A DNA stretch of 59,680 nt, counting the filler. It is 4 parts of 4 records of this genome, joined end to end, with 100 filler letters (N's around TTAATTAATTAA, not from the genome) between each part and the next. Parts side by side here need not be neighbours in the genome. Positions count along the whole stretch, not along the records: positions 1 to 11,351 come from SRR20825019_1839; 3 more parts are not named here. One strand, 5' to 3'. Position numbers and translations under genes: made by a program. The notes beneath the pieces are model-generated. The model saw nothing but the letters and a program-made list of their open reading frames with translations, did not search any database and had not been told where the DNA came from. Positions 1 to 11,451 of the stretch are shown piece by piece; within the stretch, counting starts at the first letter, position 1, and the number at the start of each line of letters is the position of its first letter.

Positions 1-157
1 CCCCCCCCCCCCCGGCGCCCGGCTCCCCACCGGTGTGCATGCGCCCGGTCATCGCCATTCTCGCAGTGCGCTCTCCGACCCAGGCCGTGTCAAGGCCCGT
101 CTTCAGAGTTAGCAGTTCAAATAGAGTTATGAACCTGAAGCCATAGAGCAGTCACTC

Positions 158-3100
158 ATGGAGGCAAAAGAGGAAATGGTGACAGGCTCTAGTACTGGCT
201 CGGGCAGCCATGAAGAAGTGAATCTAGATGCGCCCTTACCAACACATCCAGACCTGTAAGCAGAAAGGGGTACTTGTGGAACTCACGAGTTTTAATTTTC
301 TTTAAGGATTCGTGGCAAACTCGCGAATGGACTAGAGTATAACGTGATTCCAAACAAGAATCCCCCAGGAAAGATATATGCATACATGCAAGTCGGGGTA
401 GGAAGCATAGACGAAGATGAAGACGAGTGTGGAATGGCTCATTTTCTTGAGCACTTGCTTTTCTTGGGTAACATTGGATGGGTTTGTGGAAAGTTTGGTG
501 GACTGATGTGGAAACAGGAACCGAAAAGTATAGGAAAACAGAAACTCTTCGGTCTCTCTTTGCTCTTAATGGCATGGCCTTTGGCTCCGATGTAAATGCA
601 TACACTGATTTCCGCGAGGTATTGCGCTTCCTCACCAACCATGGGCTTTAATTGACTAAAACTCGATAGACGGTATACACACTCGAAACGCCTAACAAGC
701 GAAGCAGAGAGGAGAAGCGACTTCGCAGTATGTCTGATGCAGAGCGAGCCGCGGAGGCGCGCGCGCAGAGGAGCAAAAGGAGTCGTCTCATCACGCAGCA
801 GACTATTGTTCCGGAGGTGCCACAAGCTGAAGAGATTGAGAAACTGGACGAGAAGTACCTGCGTGATGACCCTATGATGCTGCTTTTGGACGTAATGTAT
901 GAGATGGCTTTTAAGGCTTTGATCAGCGAGGCGTCGGTGGATAGCGAGCGCGGAGCCATCCTCTCCGAGATGGAAATGCGTGCAAATCTTGCCTACTGGA
1001 CCGAGTGCAAGAGGTAAGCATTGGTGAAAACACCGTAACGGAGACACTAATCGAAGCTGCCTCATCAGATGCGAGTATCTTCATCCCAACAAACTTCCCC
1101 AAAGATTTCCAATTGGCAAACGCGATCAGAGTAAGGGTCAAGGACATGGCGTCGCAGCCGTTGGCTAACGATTCTTTCCACAGTTGAGAGATGGAAAGCC
1201 GCACATTTGCGTGCGTTTTATGAGAAGTGGTACCGGGCCAACAATATCCGCCTATGGGTAGTGGGGGATTTTGACTGCAGCGCCCAAGAGACAGTGGAGA
1301 TTGTATCAGCAATCTTTGGCCGGGCCCCGGGAGCCCCCGCGGTTGTCAAAGAACCAATCATCCCTGAGATGGAGCGGGTCGGTCTTGATCGCCTGAAGAT
1401 TGCCACCAACGAGCTCTATACCAGCTTTAGCGCCGGTTTCTTCCAGCTCATGCCCCTTGCTCCGGTCACGACATACCGGGATATACGACGCAGCATGATC
1501 CATTCGATGCTTGCACAGACCTTTGATTCCCGCATTGAGGTGGGATTTGTAAATGGTCGGGCCTCTGCCTGAGCTGACATCCCATGGCAGGTTATTTACC
1601 AGAATCAAGTGGATCCGCCTTTTCAGAATATTGCTCTCGACTACTCGGATTCATTCCGTGAGAATTGTGGAGTTGCGTCAGTGGTGGTGGAATCACTCCC
1701 GGATCGCTGGAAAGAGGCGCTATTCGTTGCTGTCCAGGAGATTCATCGCCTGTTCCTGTATGGTTTGACAGAGGAAGAATTTGAGCAGGCCGTAACTTCG
1801 TTTTTGAAGGTGCGTTTCTGTTGTGTCGATTGTCGTGCCTCATGTGTTGACCATCAATCCTGTGCAGGAGTGTGCCGTTGAAGCCGAGCAGAAGGATACC
1901 TGTCGCTCGGATGCGATCATTGACGAGTACATGGATTGCACGAATATTGGCGAGGCGATCATGGACACCGAGCAAGACTATGAAGCATTTGCTGCTGTTG
2001 CGGAAACCATCACCATAGAGGACATGCTCGCGGAGGCAAAAATCCTTTTGCAGTTTATGGTTGAACCTTCGAAAGCCAAGTACATTCCCGCAACATTCAT
2101 CACCACCCCGACGAGCCACAATGGCGAGTCCTTCTCCATCAGCCCGGAGCAATTTCTTTCCGCTTTGGAGGATGCCTTGGCTGTTCCCGAACCACCGGCC
2201 GAGGTTGATGTGCCGGATGAACTCATCTCCGAGGAAGATGTCCAAGAATTGTGCCGTAAAATAAGTCCGAGCATGACTGCGGTCCCATCTTGCGACAAGC
2301 CGTTACAGTCAGGAAGCACTGCATCCCGAGTACAGTGCCGCGTGCTTTCAAATGGCGTTCGTTTGCAGTATCTGGTTACCGACTTCGAAGCCAAGCAGTG
2401 CAGTGTCCGCCTGTTTGCGCGTGGCGGGCGCTTGAGCGAAAAAGAGGGGGAGCTGGGTGCACTGGAGCTGGGAATGGCTACGTGGTATGGCAGCGGGGCA
2501 GGGAAGTACCTGGCGGAGGAAATAGATAAGTATACTATCCGCCACGCCATCGAATTGGACACCATGTGCAAGCAGGAGACCTCGTCTATAATCAGCGGAT
2601 TCTCCGTTACTGACGGCGGGCTGCGGCGATGCTTCCAGTTGATCCACATCATGTTGGAGGCCTCCCGTTGGGAAGAGAACGCTTTTGAGAGGGCAAGGCG
2701 AGAGCGCGTGTCGGAGAAGAAGCGGCTGCAGAAGGATGTGGGATTCGCAGTCAATGATCGCATTGCGTCGTCGATAACCGTGGCTGGAGAGAGTAGGCTG
2801 CGGGAAACGACCATCGATGTGAGTTCTTTTTGTGAAGTCTGGGTTTTGAGCATGTGTCTCTGATAAGTGTTGTTATGTTTCCGTAGGAGCTGGAGAGCCT
2901 GTCGGTCGAGGTCTGTAGGCGAGCATTCGAAAGCGTCTTCTGCGCTAATAATCTCGAGGTGGTTGTGGTCGGAGACTTCGATCCCGATGAGCTGGAGAAG
3001 TGTATCCTCGAATATATGGGTATGGATGTAGCAGTTTTGCCGCCCTTACGTTCCTTATTGTGAGCTCTATCAGGGACGCTGTCGCGGAGCGCCTCCGACA

Positions 3101-3941
3101 AGGATCTCGCCGCACTGCGCCAACGATGTGGTCATATTGCAATGAGGCATCACTCTGTTCAGGAGGAAATTACTATGAAGGGGACTCAACAGAAGGCATT
3201 CGCGGTAATTTCGTGGCCTTCTCTCAATAGATGGGGCGTTCCTTGTTCCGAATCGACAGAAAGAGAATCTGTTGGTCAGAAGCGACCCCGGGCGAATGAT
3301 TTTGATCCCGTCAGGTTCTGGAAGATCCACGTGCTGTTGTCAACGCTCGTGAACTCTCGCCTCTACAAGGTAATCCGGGAGGAGCGAGGCTTGCTTTATG
3401 CGATCAACTACTCCACATCTGGTTTTTCCTACTGCCCTGGCGGCAATGGTGCGATATTTATGTCACCACGGTTGGGCAAGGTCAAGGAGACACTAGAGGC
3501 TGTCCATGCCGAGCTCAAAAAAATGAAAGAGGAGGGGTTCACAGAGCAAGAGTTCAAGGAGGAGGTCTGGCCTCTCATGGCCGAGCTTCGTAACCAGGCA
3601 AAAACGAATATGTTCTGGTCTGGGATGATTGCACACCTGCAGGATTCGTGAGTATCCAACAATGACTGGTTTGTGTTGATGTGCTCATAATATATTATTT
3701 ATGATAGGGATGTTCCGTATGGACTGGCGGATATCGAAGATTTGGCCGGGTCGTTCGAGAATGTCACGCTCGACGATATTCGGTCCATAGTGAACTTGGG
3801 AAGGTAAGTCTTGAGCAGATTCTGACCGTACTCGCTGACATCTGCCACAGTGTCATATCGTTCCCCTCCGCCCTCACGTGCGTAGGCTATGCTGACCCAG
3901 ACTTTGACGGAACACCGGAGTGGACGGCCCTTCGGCAATAG
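158..3941 (+). CDS. M16 family zinc metallopeptidase, stromal processing peptidase (SPP)/PqqL-like, 12 exons
   Basis: Introns 256-306, 468-517, 619-669, 1014-1068, 1131-1183, 1540-1590, 1810-1867, 2819-2886, 3020-3073, 3648-3707 and 3804-3850 give one open frame. It reads LPTHPDLIRGKLANGLEY, GSIDEDEDECGMAHFLEH (inverted HxxEH), NAYTDF, ERGAILSE, RFPIG, FYEKWY..VVGDF, DPPFQNIALDYSDSFRENC, NSRLYKVIREERGLLY. Stop TAG at 3939-3941. Confidence 0.92.
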
Positions 3942-3965
3942 GAGCATGATGCACGTTCATGAAAC

Positions 3966-5671
3966 TCATGTCGCCTCACTGGCGGCTGGAGCCTCGCCCT
4001 CCTGCGCTCCATCCGAGGTGCTGGAGAGTGCGGATTCCTTTTGGTCAGGCGAGTCTACGACGGTGGTCGACTTGAACCACTCGTCAAATTTCACCTTGCC
4101 AGGTGCATCATCGTCCAGATCTTCCGAGCGAACGACGTGCCTCTGCAGTAAAGACCCCTCATTATTCACATCACCATCGTCATGCTCATCACCATCACTT
4201 CCATTCCCATTCTCGTCGATACGCGGTGGTGTTCGGGACACTGGCCGCGGGGGCCTAAAGGAAAACAACTTGCCGGGTCCAATCTTTCCATCTTGGGGCG
4301 AAGAGGTCAGGCCCAGTCCCATTCTTGACGGCGGCTTTGGAAGTACCCGGGTATTCTGCTTCGAATTCGTGGTCATGGCCATCCTAGCCAGCGGAGAGAC
4401 TGAGCTTTGCGCCATTGGGGAGACGCGATTCTCCGGCGTTGGCGAAGGGGAACACCTGTACTCATCCTCATCTGTCGACACCTCATCATCACTTCGAGGG
4501 ATTGAATCTCTCCTGTCCCGGATGGGCGATGGTGTCCGGTAAGTTGAGGCCTCTGTGGCAGGCGTCGGGCTTTCCTCGTCTTTACCACCACGCTCTCTAG
4601 CTAGCACGTCGGGCGAGGATGCATACATCCGCGCCTCAGCGGCGCCGTCATTTCCATCAGGTTCATCCGCCGGGTCTGTATCAGCGCGATTCTTCACAAG
4701 GCTCTTCTTTTTCTTCTTCTCGCCATCCTTCTTGCGCCGTCTCTTCTCGGTACTCGGTGTTGGCGACACAGTGGTGGTCCTGCCCTCCCGGTCCTCTCCA
4801 TCCAACTTAGGCGGGCTCGGTTGCGTCGTCGACATGACAGATAATGACGAGTCACGGCGGTGCAGCGCATCTGCCAAGGACGACACCGCCTGATGGGCCT
4901 CCGCGCTAATACCATCGTTCATCTCCCTGGTCGGCGTGTCCATATCCGCCGCAGTCACGAGGTGCGAGGCGCTGCTCAGACTCTCCGAGCGGCGATTCTT
5001 GCTGAAGTTCCGAGCCAATATCATTCTCCCAAGTGGGGTCAGACCGTCGGCTCCCGCCCCCGCCGGGCTGCGCGGCGCTTGGTTCCCTCCTGTGTACACA
5101 CCTGACGGGCTGATGGTGGAGTCGCGGTCTGGCAGTCCTCAAGTCAACGCCACAGCGCGCAGGCCACTTAAGGAACTTACTTGTACTGTCTACGTCTTCT
5201 TTTGATGACCTGCGTGACATTGGGGGCGTAACGGAAGGGCTGACCAGCGCTGGGTCAGCCCGCCCCCGCGCCTTCTGTCCCTGGTACGGCGTGTGAGAGT
5301 ACTGCGAGCCTCCTCCAACAAAAGACGACGCCTCCGAGTGACCTTGAGAATAACTATCGTCCAGGTGACCATAGCGTCTGCACAATATGCTCAGACCATC
5401 TATCCAGCCGAGAAGATGCCCGAAGCCATGTCACTCACCCTCCCATGCCTCGCCTATTCATCATCGCAGCAGACTTTCGAGGTGTTTTCTCCTGTTGGAT
5501 GACAGGGAGCTGGTCCGCAGGGATGAACTTCCTCTTGTGCCATGCGATCAGCCCCTTGATACCCCCATACACACCCATGATGGAAAATATCACACAGGAG
5601 ACCGACCCGACGCAGGTGCAAAGCAGCATGACCAGGAAGGTGAACGTCCCAACAAGTACGCCCTCCGCCAT
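3966..5671 (-). CDS. Hypothetical protein (~530 aa): N-terminal hydrophobic segments followed by a long S/P/D/E/R-rich disordered region, 3 exons
   Basis: Introns 5378-5438 (GTGAGT..CAG) and 5129-5180 (GTAAGT..CAG) join three ORF-track pieces in frame (233+197+1163 nt). Start ATG 5671 is inferred. Confidence 0.75.
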
Positions 5672-5779
5672 GCCTGCACCTACCGCCCCCAACTGTTTTC
5701 TGTGCCTATGGGATTTGCCTTCAACACGCACATACTTGTATTTAATGACTAGTCTTTGCGCCAGCCAGGCAATCCCTCA

Positions 5780-6620
5780 CGGCCTTCAGGCTGGGCCAGT
5801 TGCATCGGGCCGGCTCCAATTCCCACAACCGGGGCGGCCGAACGGTGTGGCCGCGCCGGGCCGAGGCGCGGGCCGGGGTTCGCCGGCGATGGCACGGTGG
5901 GGACCCGCCCGGCCGCGGCCCGCGGTCGGGCCCGCGGCGGCCCGCCACGGAAGCCTCACGGCACTGACGCGTTCCCGGAACTGCTAACATCGGGCCGGGC
6001 CGGAAAACACCCCGGCACGCGCAGCCCGGGCAGCGCAGGACCAATCGAAGTTGACGCCCGTTTCAATCATTGATTCATCAGCCGTGACCGGGCGCGGCCC
6101 CCGCCAGCGCTCAGTCGTCGTGGGCGCTGGGGTTTTGGGCTGGCCCCACCGCCGTTGAACTGCGGCCCGGTCCCGTCGGGCCTCGGGGTCCCGCTCGCCG
6201 CTGGGTGGCGGGCACAGTGCAGGCACCGTGGATCGAGGGCCGCCCGCCCGCCCGCCCGAGTACGGGGGGCCGCCGTGCGGCGGGATCCGCCAAGCCCGGC
6301 AGCCGGGCCGGCCGGCCCACCGGCGTCCTCCGGCGTCGAAGCCCGGCCGATCAATCGGATTCGCAGTCCGGCGAACGGAACGACTCAGAGTGGCCCGCCG
6401 AGTCTGAGTTGCCCGGCCGGCCGGGCGAGGGCGCCGGCGGGCCCGCCCAAAGTGACGGGAAGCTCTGCGCCGGCGGACCGGCGCCCCCACAGTCCTGGGC
6501 CGTCCGCCGGGGCCGCTGCCCCCGGCCGGCCGGGCCGGGGCGGACTTCGCCCGCCTCCGGCGCACCCGGGCGCCCGATCGACGGCCTGCAACGTGGTGCG
6601 GCCTGCTGAACAACTGGAGT
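5780..6620. promoter_or_regulatory. Very GC-rich, CCGG/GGCC-dense intergenic region between divergent genes (probable bidirectional promoter)
   Basis: Lies between the minus-strand start at 5671 and the plus-strand start at 6814. Visibly more GC-rich than flanking exons. ORFs here are R/G/P/A-rich in all frames. Confidence 0.5.
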
Positions 6621-6813
6621 GAGTTCCGGCCGCTCAGCGTTCGGCCCATCGGAGGTTGGGGCCGCGCACTTTGCCTGTGGCCCAATTCGAGGCCTGGAGG
6701 ACACACCGTCTCCCATTCTTGGCTCGCTGGCTCAGCACGAGTGCCACCACGGCCGCGCGCCACCCGATATGTATTTCCGGTGTCCGCAGATTGTAGACAC
6801 AGACGCATTTTAC

Positions 6814-7043
6814 ATGGACTTCAAGATTCCCATATTTGTCATCCTCCTTGGATTCGCCCTCTTCCAAGTTTACCTTTTTTCCAGTGCGGACAGGTTGGTT
6901 GTAGCCAATGTGCTGCGTTTGTTCCAGCTGACATCTCCTCTTCAAGCCATAACGTACCTCATGCCGCCACTCGGCATAGCGCCTTGAAGTCCCGCATAGA
7001 GGAGGTCATGAAACAGATCGAGGAGAAGAATCAGAGACAATGA
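6814..7043 (+). CDS. 58-aa microprotein with one N-terminal TM/signal segment and a charged helical C-terminus, 2 exons
   Basis: Intron 6894-6946 (GTTGGT..GCTGAC..CAAG) gives MDFKIPIFVILLGFALFQVYLFSSADSHNVPHAATRHSALKSRIEEVMKQIEEKNQRQ*. Confidence 0.6.
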
Positions 7044-7045
7044 GT

Positions 7046-8678
7046 TTACTTGTTTTGACGGAACGGCGCGACAGCCTTCTCCGTTTGGTTCCACAACTTT
7101 TCGCGGAGGACTGCACCCAGTTAAGTTAGCGCGATATACAAGAAGTGCGAAACGCAAACATACTGGAGCTCTCAAGCCAGTGCGGGTTGGATACATCAGC
7201 TGGATTGCAGTCGGAGAAGTACTTTCCAGAGTGAGCGAGTGCCTAGAAACCAAAAGTTTAGATCTTGTGATGTGAAGGCGGGGACCTCTAGCTTACTTTG
7301 GGGTGTGTCGCGAGGAATACAGATGTGGCAGCGCCTTGCTCTGTGCTCTTGAAGAAGAAAGGAGTGACGAGCGCCCAGAATATTTCTGCGGAAGTGGAGG
7401 TTAAGGTCTCGCCTTTGGGTTTCATGATAACTTACTAGTTCTGAGGCCCACATGGCCCTGGAGATTGGTGTGGATACCGCCCGGGTGAAGTGAGAAAGCG
7501 GAAACCTGAATGTGCGAGGCTTTAGAAATATTGAACGAGTTAACGTCAACTTGCGAGCATACCCCGTCGTCACTGTACTTCTCACTGATGTCACGGGCGA
7601 ACATGATGTTACTATACTTGGCATGGCCGTATGCCTCCCAGGGGTCATATGAAGGCGCCTGCACGGTCAAGTGGTTAGGCTATTTTCGGGCAGGCCGTGA
7701 GTGCTAGTGTGAATCCATTCTTACGTCAAAGGTCGGGCTGTCAATCCAGTGTGTTGTCTTTGCACAGCGGTGGCCCATGGATGACACACACACCACCCGA
7801 GCGCCTATGGCGACAATTGTTTTAGCCGCACACATCCCGAGCCCGAATAGTTGGCTTACCCTTGGCGGCCTTAAGTTCATCCCTGAGAGACGTCACGAGG
7901 AGGTGGTGGGCAGCATGGCAAACGCCTACTTGGCTCTCAAGATTCTGAGCGGTACCGCGGCGATCAGGGATGGCCATTATGCCGGCATTGCAAATGATTC
8001 CATTGACCGCCCTGGCATGACGGGTACTGTGAGACATGCACACAACTAATATCCATTGTCATACTTGAACTTCTTCTTCACATCCTTCACGAACGATTGC
8101 ACCGACTTCAAATCGTTCAGGTCCAAGATCTGTGCACGTAAGAGTCAGATCAAAAGCATGAACACCTGCGAAGTGCGGATACCATTCCAACAAGCTGCGG
8201 CGAGCATTTGGGGTCTGCCGTTGCAAGAGACTCCTTGATGTCCTGTTTGGAAAATGGAAACGGACTTGGTCAGCAACATGGGAATTTCATGGACAATGAA
8301 CTTACAGCGATGGTAAGGTCGGCCTTGCTCTGGGAGCGGCACGGGATGATGACAGTTGCCGAACTGAGTGCCAGCGCCCTAGCAGTCTCAAGACCTGTGC
8401 AGAATTTCGCGGTCACTCCCTTCACTATCGCACGAGGAAACACTGTCCATACCGAGGCCAGAGTTCGCTCCTGTCACAATGAAGACCTTCTCCTTGAGCC
8501 CGGTGCTGCCGTGCGCATCACGGACCACCTCCCTTGCCGTGGTGCAAGAGCCATAACCAGTGGGACCCCGGTGGAATGCAGGGAAATTGGCCACAAAGTA
8601 ACCTAGGCCCACAGTAGCGGCAGCAGCTCCAGCAACCAAGAGCGGGGTAGGCACGTCAGGAACGTTCAGACCGAACAT
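7046..8678 (-). CDS. Short-chain dehydrogenase/reductase, retinol dehydrogenase/WWOX-like, 11 exons
   Basis: The spliced product has TGANSGLGLETARALA, LDL, CNAGIMA, VSSMGH, catalytic YGHAK, LHPGGIHT, KSTEQGAATS, GKYFSDC and KLWNQTE. Ten introns, e.g. 8395-8452, 8130-8182, 7386-7435, 7111-7163. Confidence 0.92.
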
Positions 8679-9510
8679 CTTCGTATGATTAGTCTGAGTC
8701 CGCCGTAGCTTCCTTAAGTATCTTTGGTTGTTGTAGTCGGCGTCAAGCGCGTCTTAGCGTGCGTTCCGGTCTCGTAGCGACTGGAGCGGCCCACAAAGTA
8801 GGGCCAGAGGGCAGCCATGTCCCGACCTCCATACCGATATCATGGCCCGGCGGCCGTCCGGCCCGGTGACTGACGGCCGGCGGCCCGCGGCCCGCGGGGC
8901 GACGGCCCGCGTCGAGGGATGGACCGGCGGGCCTCTCATGCATCACAGCGATGCCGGAGGGGCCTCTCAGTGGACAGCAGCGGCTCACGGCGGAATTCCA
9001 TGATCCGGCTACGAGGGCCAAATGGTGGTATTGAGGGCGCAAAGAATTCAGTGGAATAACCCATATCGTTTAATAGGCCAGGCCGGTATCCGTCCCAAAT
9101 ATAAACAATCTGCTAAAATTGAAATAAATTCCTTTCGTTTGTCTCACTGACTCATTCTACGCTGTGTAGGAGAATTACTTTACATGGAAGCGCAGTAAAG
9201 ACTCGTCTCGGTCAGTTTGGCTCCGGGTCAGAACTGACCCGTCAGCTATGTCATTAGCCCCGCCGCGCTCAGCTCATTTTGCTTGCCGCAGAGTGTCCGA
9301 AGGCAGCCGCTGTCACTGGGCGGCCAGCTACAATGTCCATGGCTACTGGGAGTGGGTGTAACTCGGTGAGTAGTCTCGGGGGGCCCCAATGCCGACGGCT
9401 GCCGTGGGGCCAGGCGAAAGGCCTTTTGGTGCAATAATCCCTAAGCACCACCACAACATAAATATCCTAGCGTGTAAGCGTGCAAAGGACCATAATATCC
9501 CGTCGTAGTC

Positions 9511-9881
9511 ATGAATGTTGACCATGAAGTGAAGGTACTGTTATTGAAATCGACTAAATATAAGGTGTCTGAGGTTTGCTCAGCTCCTCGTTCGCGAAAT
9601 TACCCGGCTCGGTGATAAGCAAGGTGACGGCAGCGTCACTGTGAAGTTTGGAACTATCTTTGACGACGACAAGTGCGCAAATATTTTTGAGGCCTTGGTA
9701 GGCACCCTTAAGGCAGCAAAGAAGCGCGGTGTAGTCAGCTACGGCCCAGAACTCCTCCTCCAGGTAGGTACACTTCAACAACCTTGTGCCAATCCATCTA
9801 ACAGATCTATGCAAGGGTGTAAGCAACAACGAGATCATCACTCTGGCACCGGGCCAGGAGGCCGCTCCTGACGATGCCTAA
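9511..9881 (+). CDS. ABRACL: Costars family protein (ABRACL-like actin regulator), 3 exons
   Basis: Introns 9535-9583 and 9764-9815 give MNVDHEVKLLVREITRLG..VKFGTIFDDDKCANIFEALVGTLKAAKKRGVVSYGPELLLQG, the Costars signature. Confidence 0.93.
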
Positions 9882-9925
9882 ACTTCAGTATTTCGTTGCA
9901 TAAAGCCGCAGCCTTGTATAGAGTC

Positions 9926-11229
9926 TTAAACGTTGGGGTTCCCTCCTGCCGTCCCGGGAGGAGTAGACTTTTCAGGGAACTTGCCAGCAGGGCCAATAAT
10001 CACGAGGTGCCGGTTTGTAATCATGCGGTCAATCGCTGTAATGCGGTGGCACTTGTACCGCTCTGCGATCATTCCGATCATGATTGCATATCTCGTGTCA
10101 TCATTCTTAAGATACTTCAAGCGGTGTGTTGTGTAAATGCTGTCTCTAATGCAGCAGGGCATCATTCCATATGCCGCATTAGCCTTCATCACCATGTCCA
10201 TACTGCCACTCGTGACCTCATTGCATCCATGAATGCACATCACAAACGACTTTTCATCAAGCTCAATCTTGTTGAAGTCAGACTCGATATACTCCAGATT
10301 GCCCACGATGCCACCGGGCCCTTCATCAGGATGGTGCACGCCCACTTCGCGGAGGGTCTCCACATAATGATCAAACGCAACTCGCTTAGTCAAGTCCACA
10401 CACCGGACCTTCAGTGCAGGAAATCGGTAAGCAAAGAGTACACCCAACAAACCGTGGCCGCATGCGAAGTCATATATGGTATCGATGATCCCTCGCAGTT
10501 CACAAGCAACTGCCTTCCCGATGCGCACATACGCCTCCAAGGTCTCAAATAGTTCTTTCACCCGAAGGTACCTAAGAGAATACAGCTCAATATTAACCCT
10601 GAGTTGCCCCTTGGCGACGTACTTTGGGTATTTCTCCACGATTATTTTGGCAAAGTCAACAAGCTCAGGGCTCCCCTTGCAGCAATAGTCTATATAGTTG
10701 AAAGTCAGATTCTTCAGCTCCTCGTTGAGATCCGCCACAAACACCTGCTCCAAGTCAAAACGGGCACGAGTTAACATTTCAAGTCATATCCATACATTAT
10801 GATTGAGAGTCTCCCCTTTCATAGGGAATCTATCCAAGAATCTGGTCGTCCCAGCTGCCATTTTGGCGTGCTCTTTGGCCTGGAAACCCGTGAGTTCCTG
10901 GCTGCTTCCTGGTAACACTCGCACAGTACCTTCTGCTTATGGCTGGAGCCGGCATAGTGGTTCGCTAAGTTCTGCGGTGAAAAACAGTTCTTCTGGCAGA
11001 TCTCACAGAAAGACTTTCCGAGAAGTCCCTCGACAATATTAGTAGCTTCTTGGCCATGTTTTTCTAGTCTTTTCATCTTCTTGCGGTCACGCCTAGTCAT
11101 TGCGACATTGCTATCGAGGACTGTAGCTTGATCATCAAAGGAGTCCTTTTGGTTGTGGACTTGGTCGGGAACCGACGGTCCCGATGCGGCAGCGGTTTCT
11201 GCTGCACTATCCATATGTGCATATATCAT
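9926..11229 (-). CDS. U1/matrin-type C2H2 zinc finger fused to a class I SAM-dependent methyltransferase, 3 exons
   Basis: Zinc finger CEIC..HYAGSSH. Introns 10880-10929 and 10745-10795 keep the frame. MTase motifs YDFACGHGLLG, CVD, IHGC, MPCC. Start is 11229 or 11214. Confidence 0.8.
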
Positions 11230-11351
11230 TATTCAACAAAGTTGGCGTGAAGGAAATTTTCAACTAAACCGAAAGGAGCGCAGTGCCATGACTATCATGA
11301 CTTGCACCGTGCGCTTGGCGCCAGCGACCCCCCCCCCCCCCCCCCCCCCCC

Positions 11352-11451
11352 NNNNNNNNNNNNNNNNNNNNNNNNNNNNNNNNNNNNNNNNNNNNTTAAT
11401 TAATTAANNNNNNNNNNNNNNNNNNNNNNNNNNNNNNNNNNNNNNNNNNNN
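11352..11451. other. Artificial contig spacer
   Basis: 44 N + TTAATTAATTAA (stops in all six frames) + 44 N. Identical at all three junctions. Confidence 0.98.

Larger units (their letters stand above)
1..11351. other. Contig 1: intron-rich unicellular eukaryote (lineage not determined)
   Basis: I could reconstruct six genes only by removing 28 GT-AG introns of about 47-68 nt, many with CTRAY-like branch points. Bounded by poly-C runs and an N spacer. Confidence 0.95.

Noticed and set aside
1-13. Terminal poly-C runs as telomeres of a nanochromosome
   Set aside because: Both runs are C on the same strand and are pure homopolymers; telomeres would be complementary at the two ends and have a repeat unit.
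1005-1187. Fragmented M16 ORFs as a pseudogene, frameshifting or alternative genetic code
   Set aside because: Every break is explained by a canonical GT-AG intron that restores the frame.
5742-6808. Overlapping R/G/P/A-rich ORFs (e.g. 5984-6808) as genes, or the region as rRNA/ITS
   Set aside because: Open frames are expected at this GC content; no domain motifs and no conserved rRNA sequence were recognised.
9415-9435. GGCCTTTTGG as the 5' stem-loop of U2 snRNA
   Set aside because: The branch-point pairing sequence GTGTAGTA and Sm site do not follow.
11396-11407. TTAATTAATTAA palindrome repeated three times as a biological site
   Set aside because: Always centred in exactly 44+44 N; a six-frame-stop linker added when contigs were concatenated.
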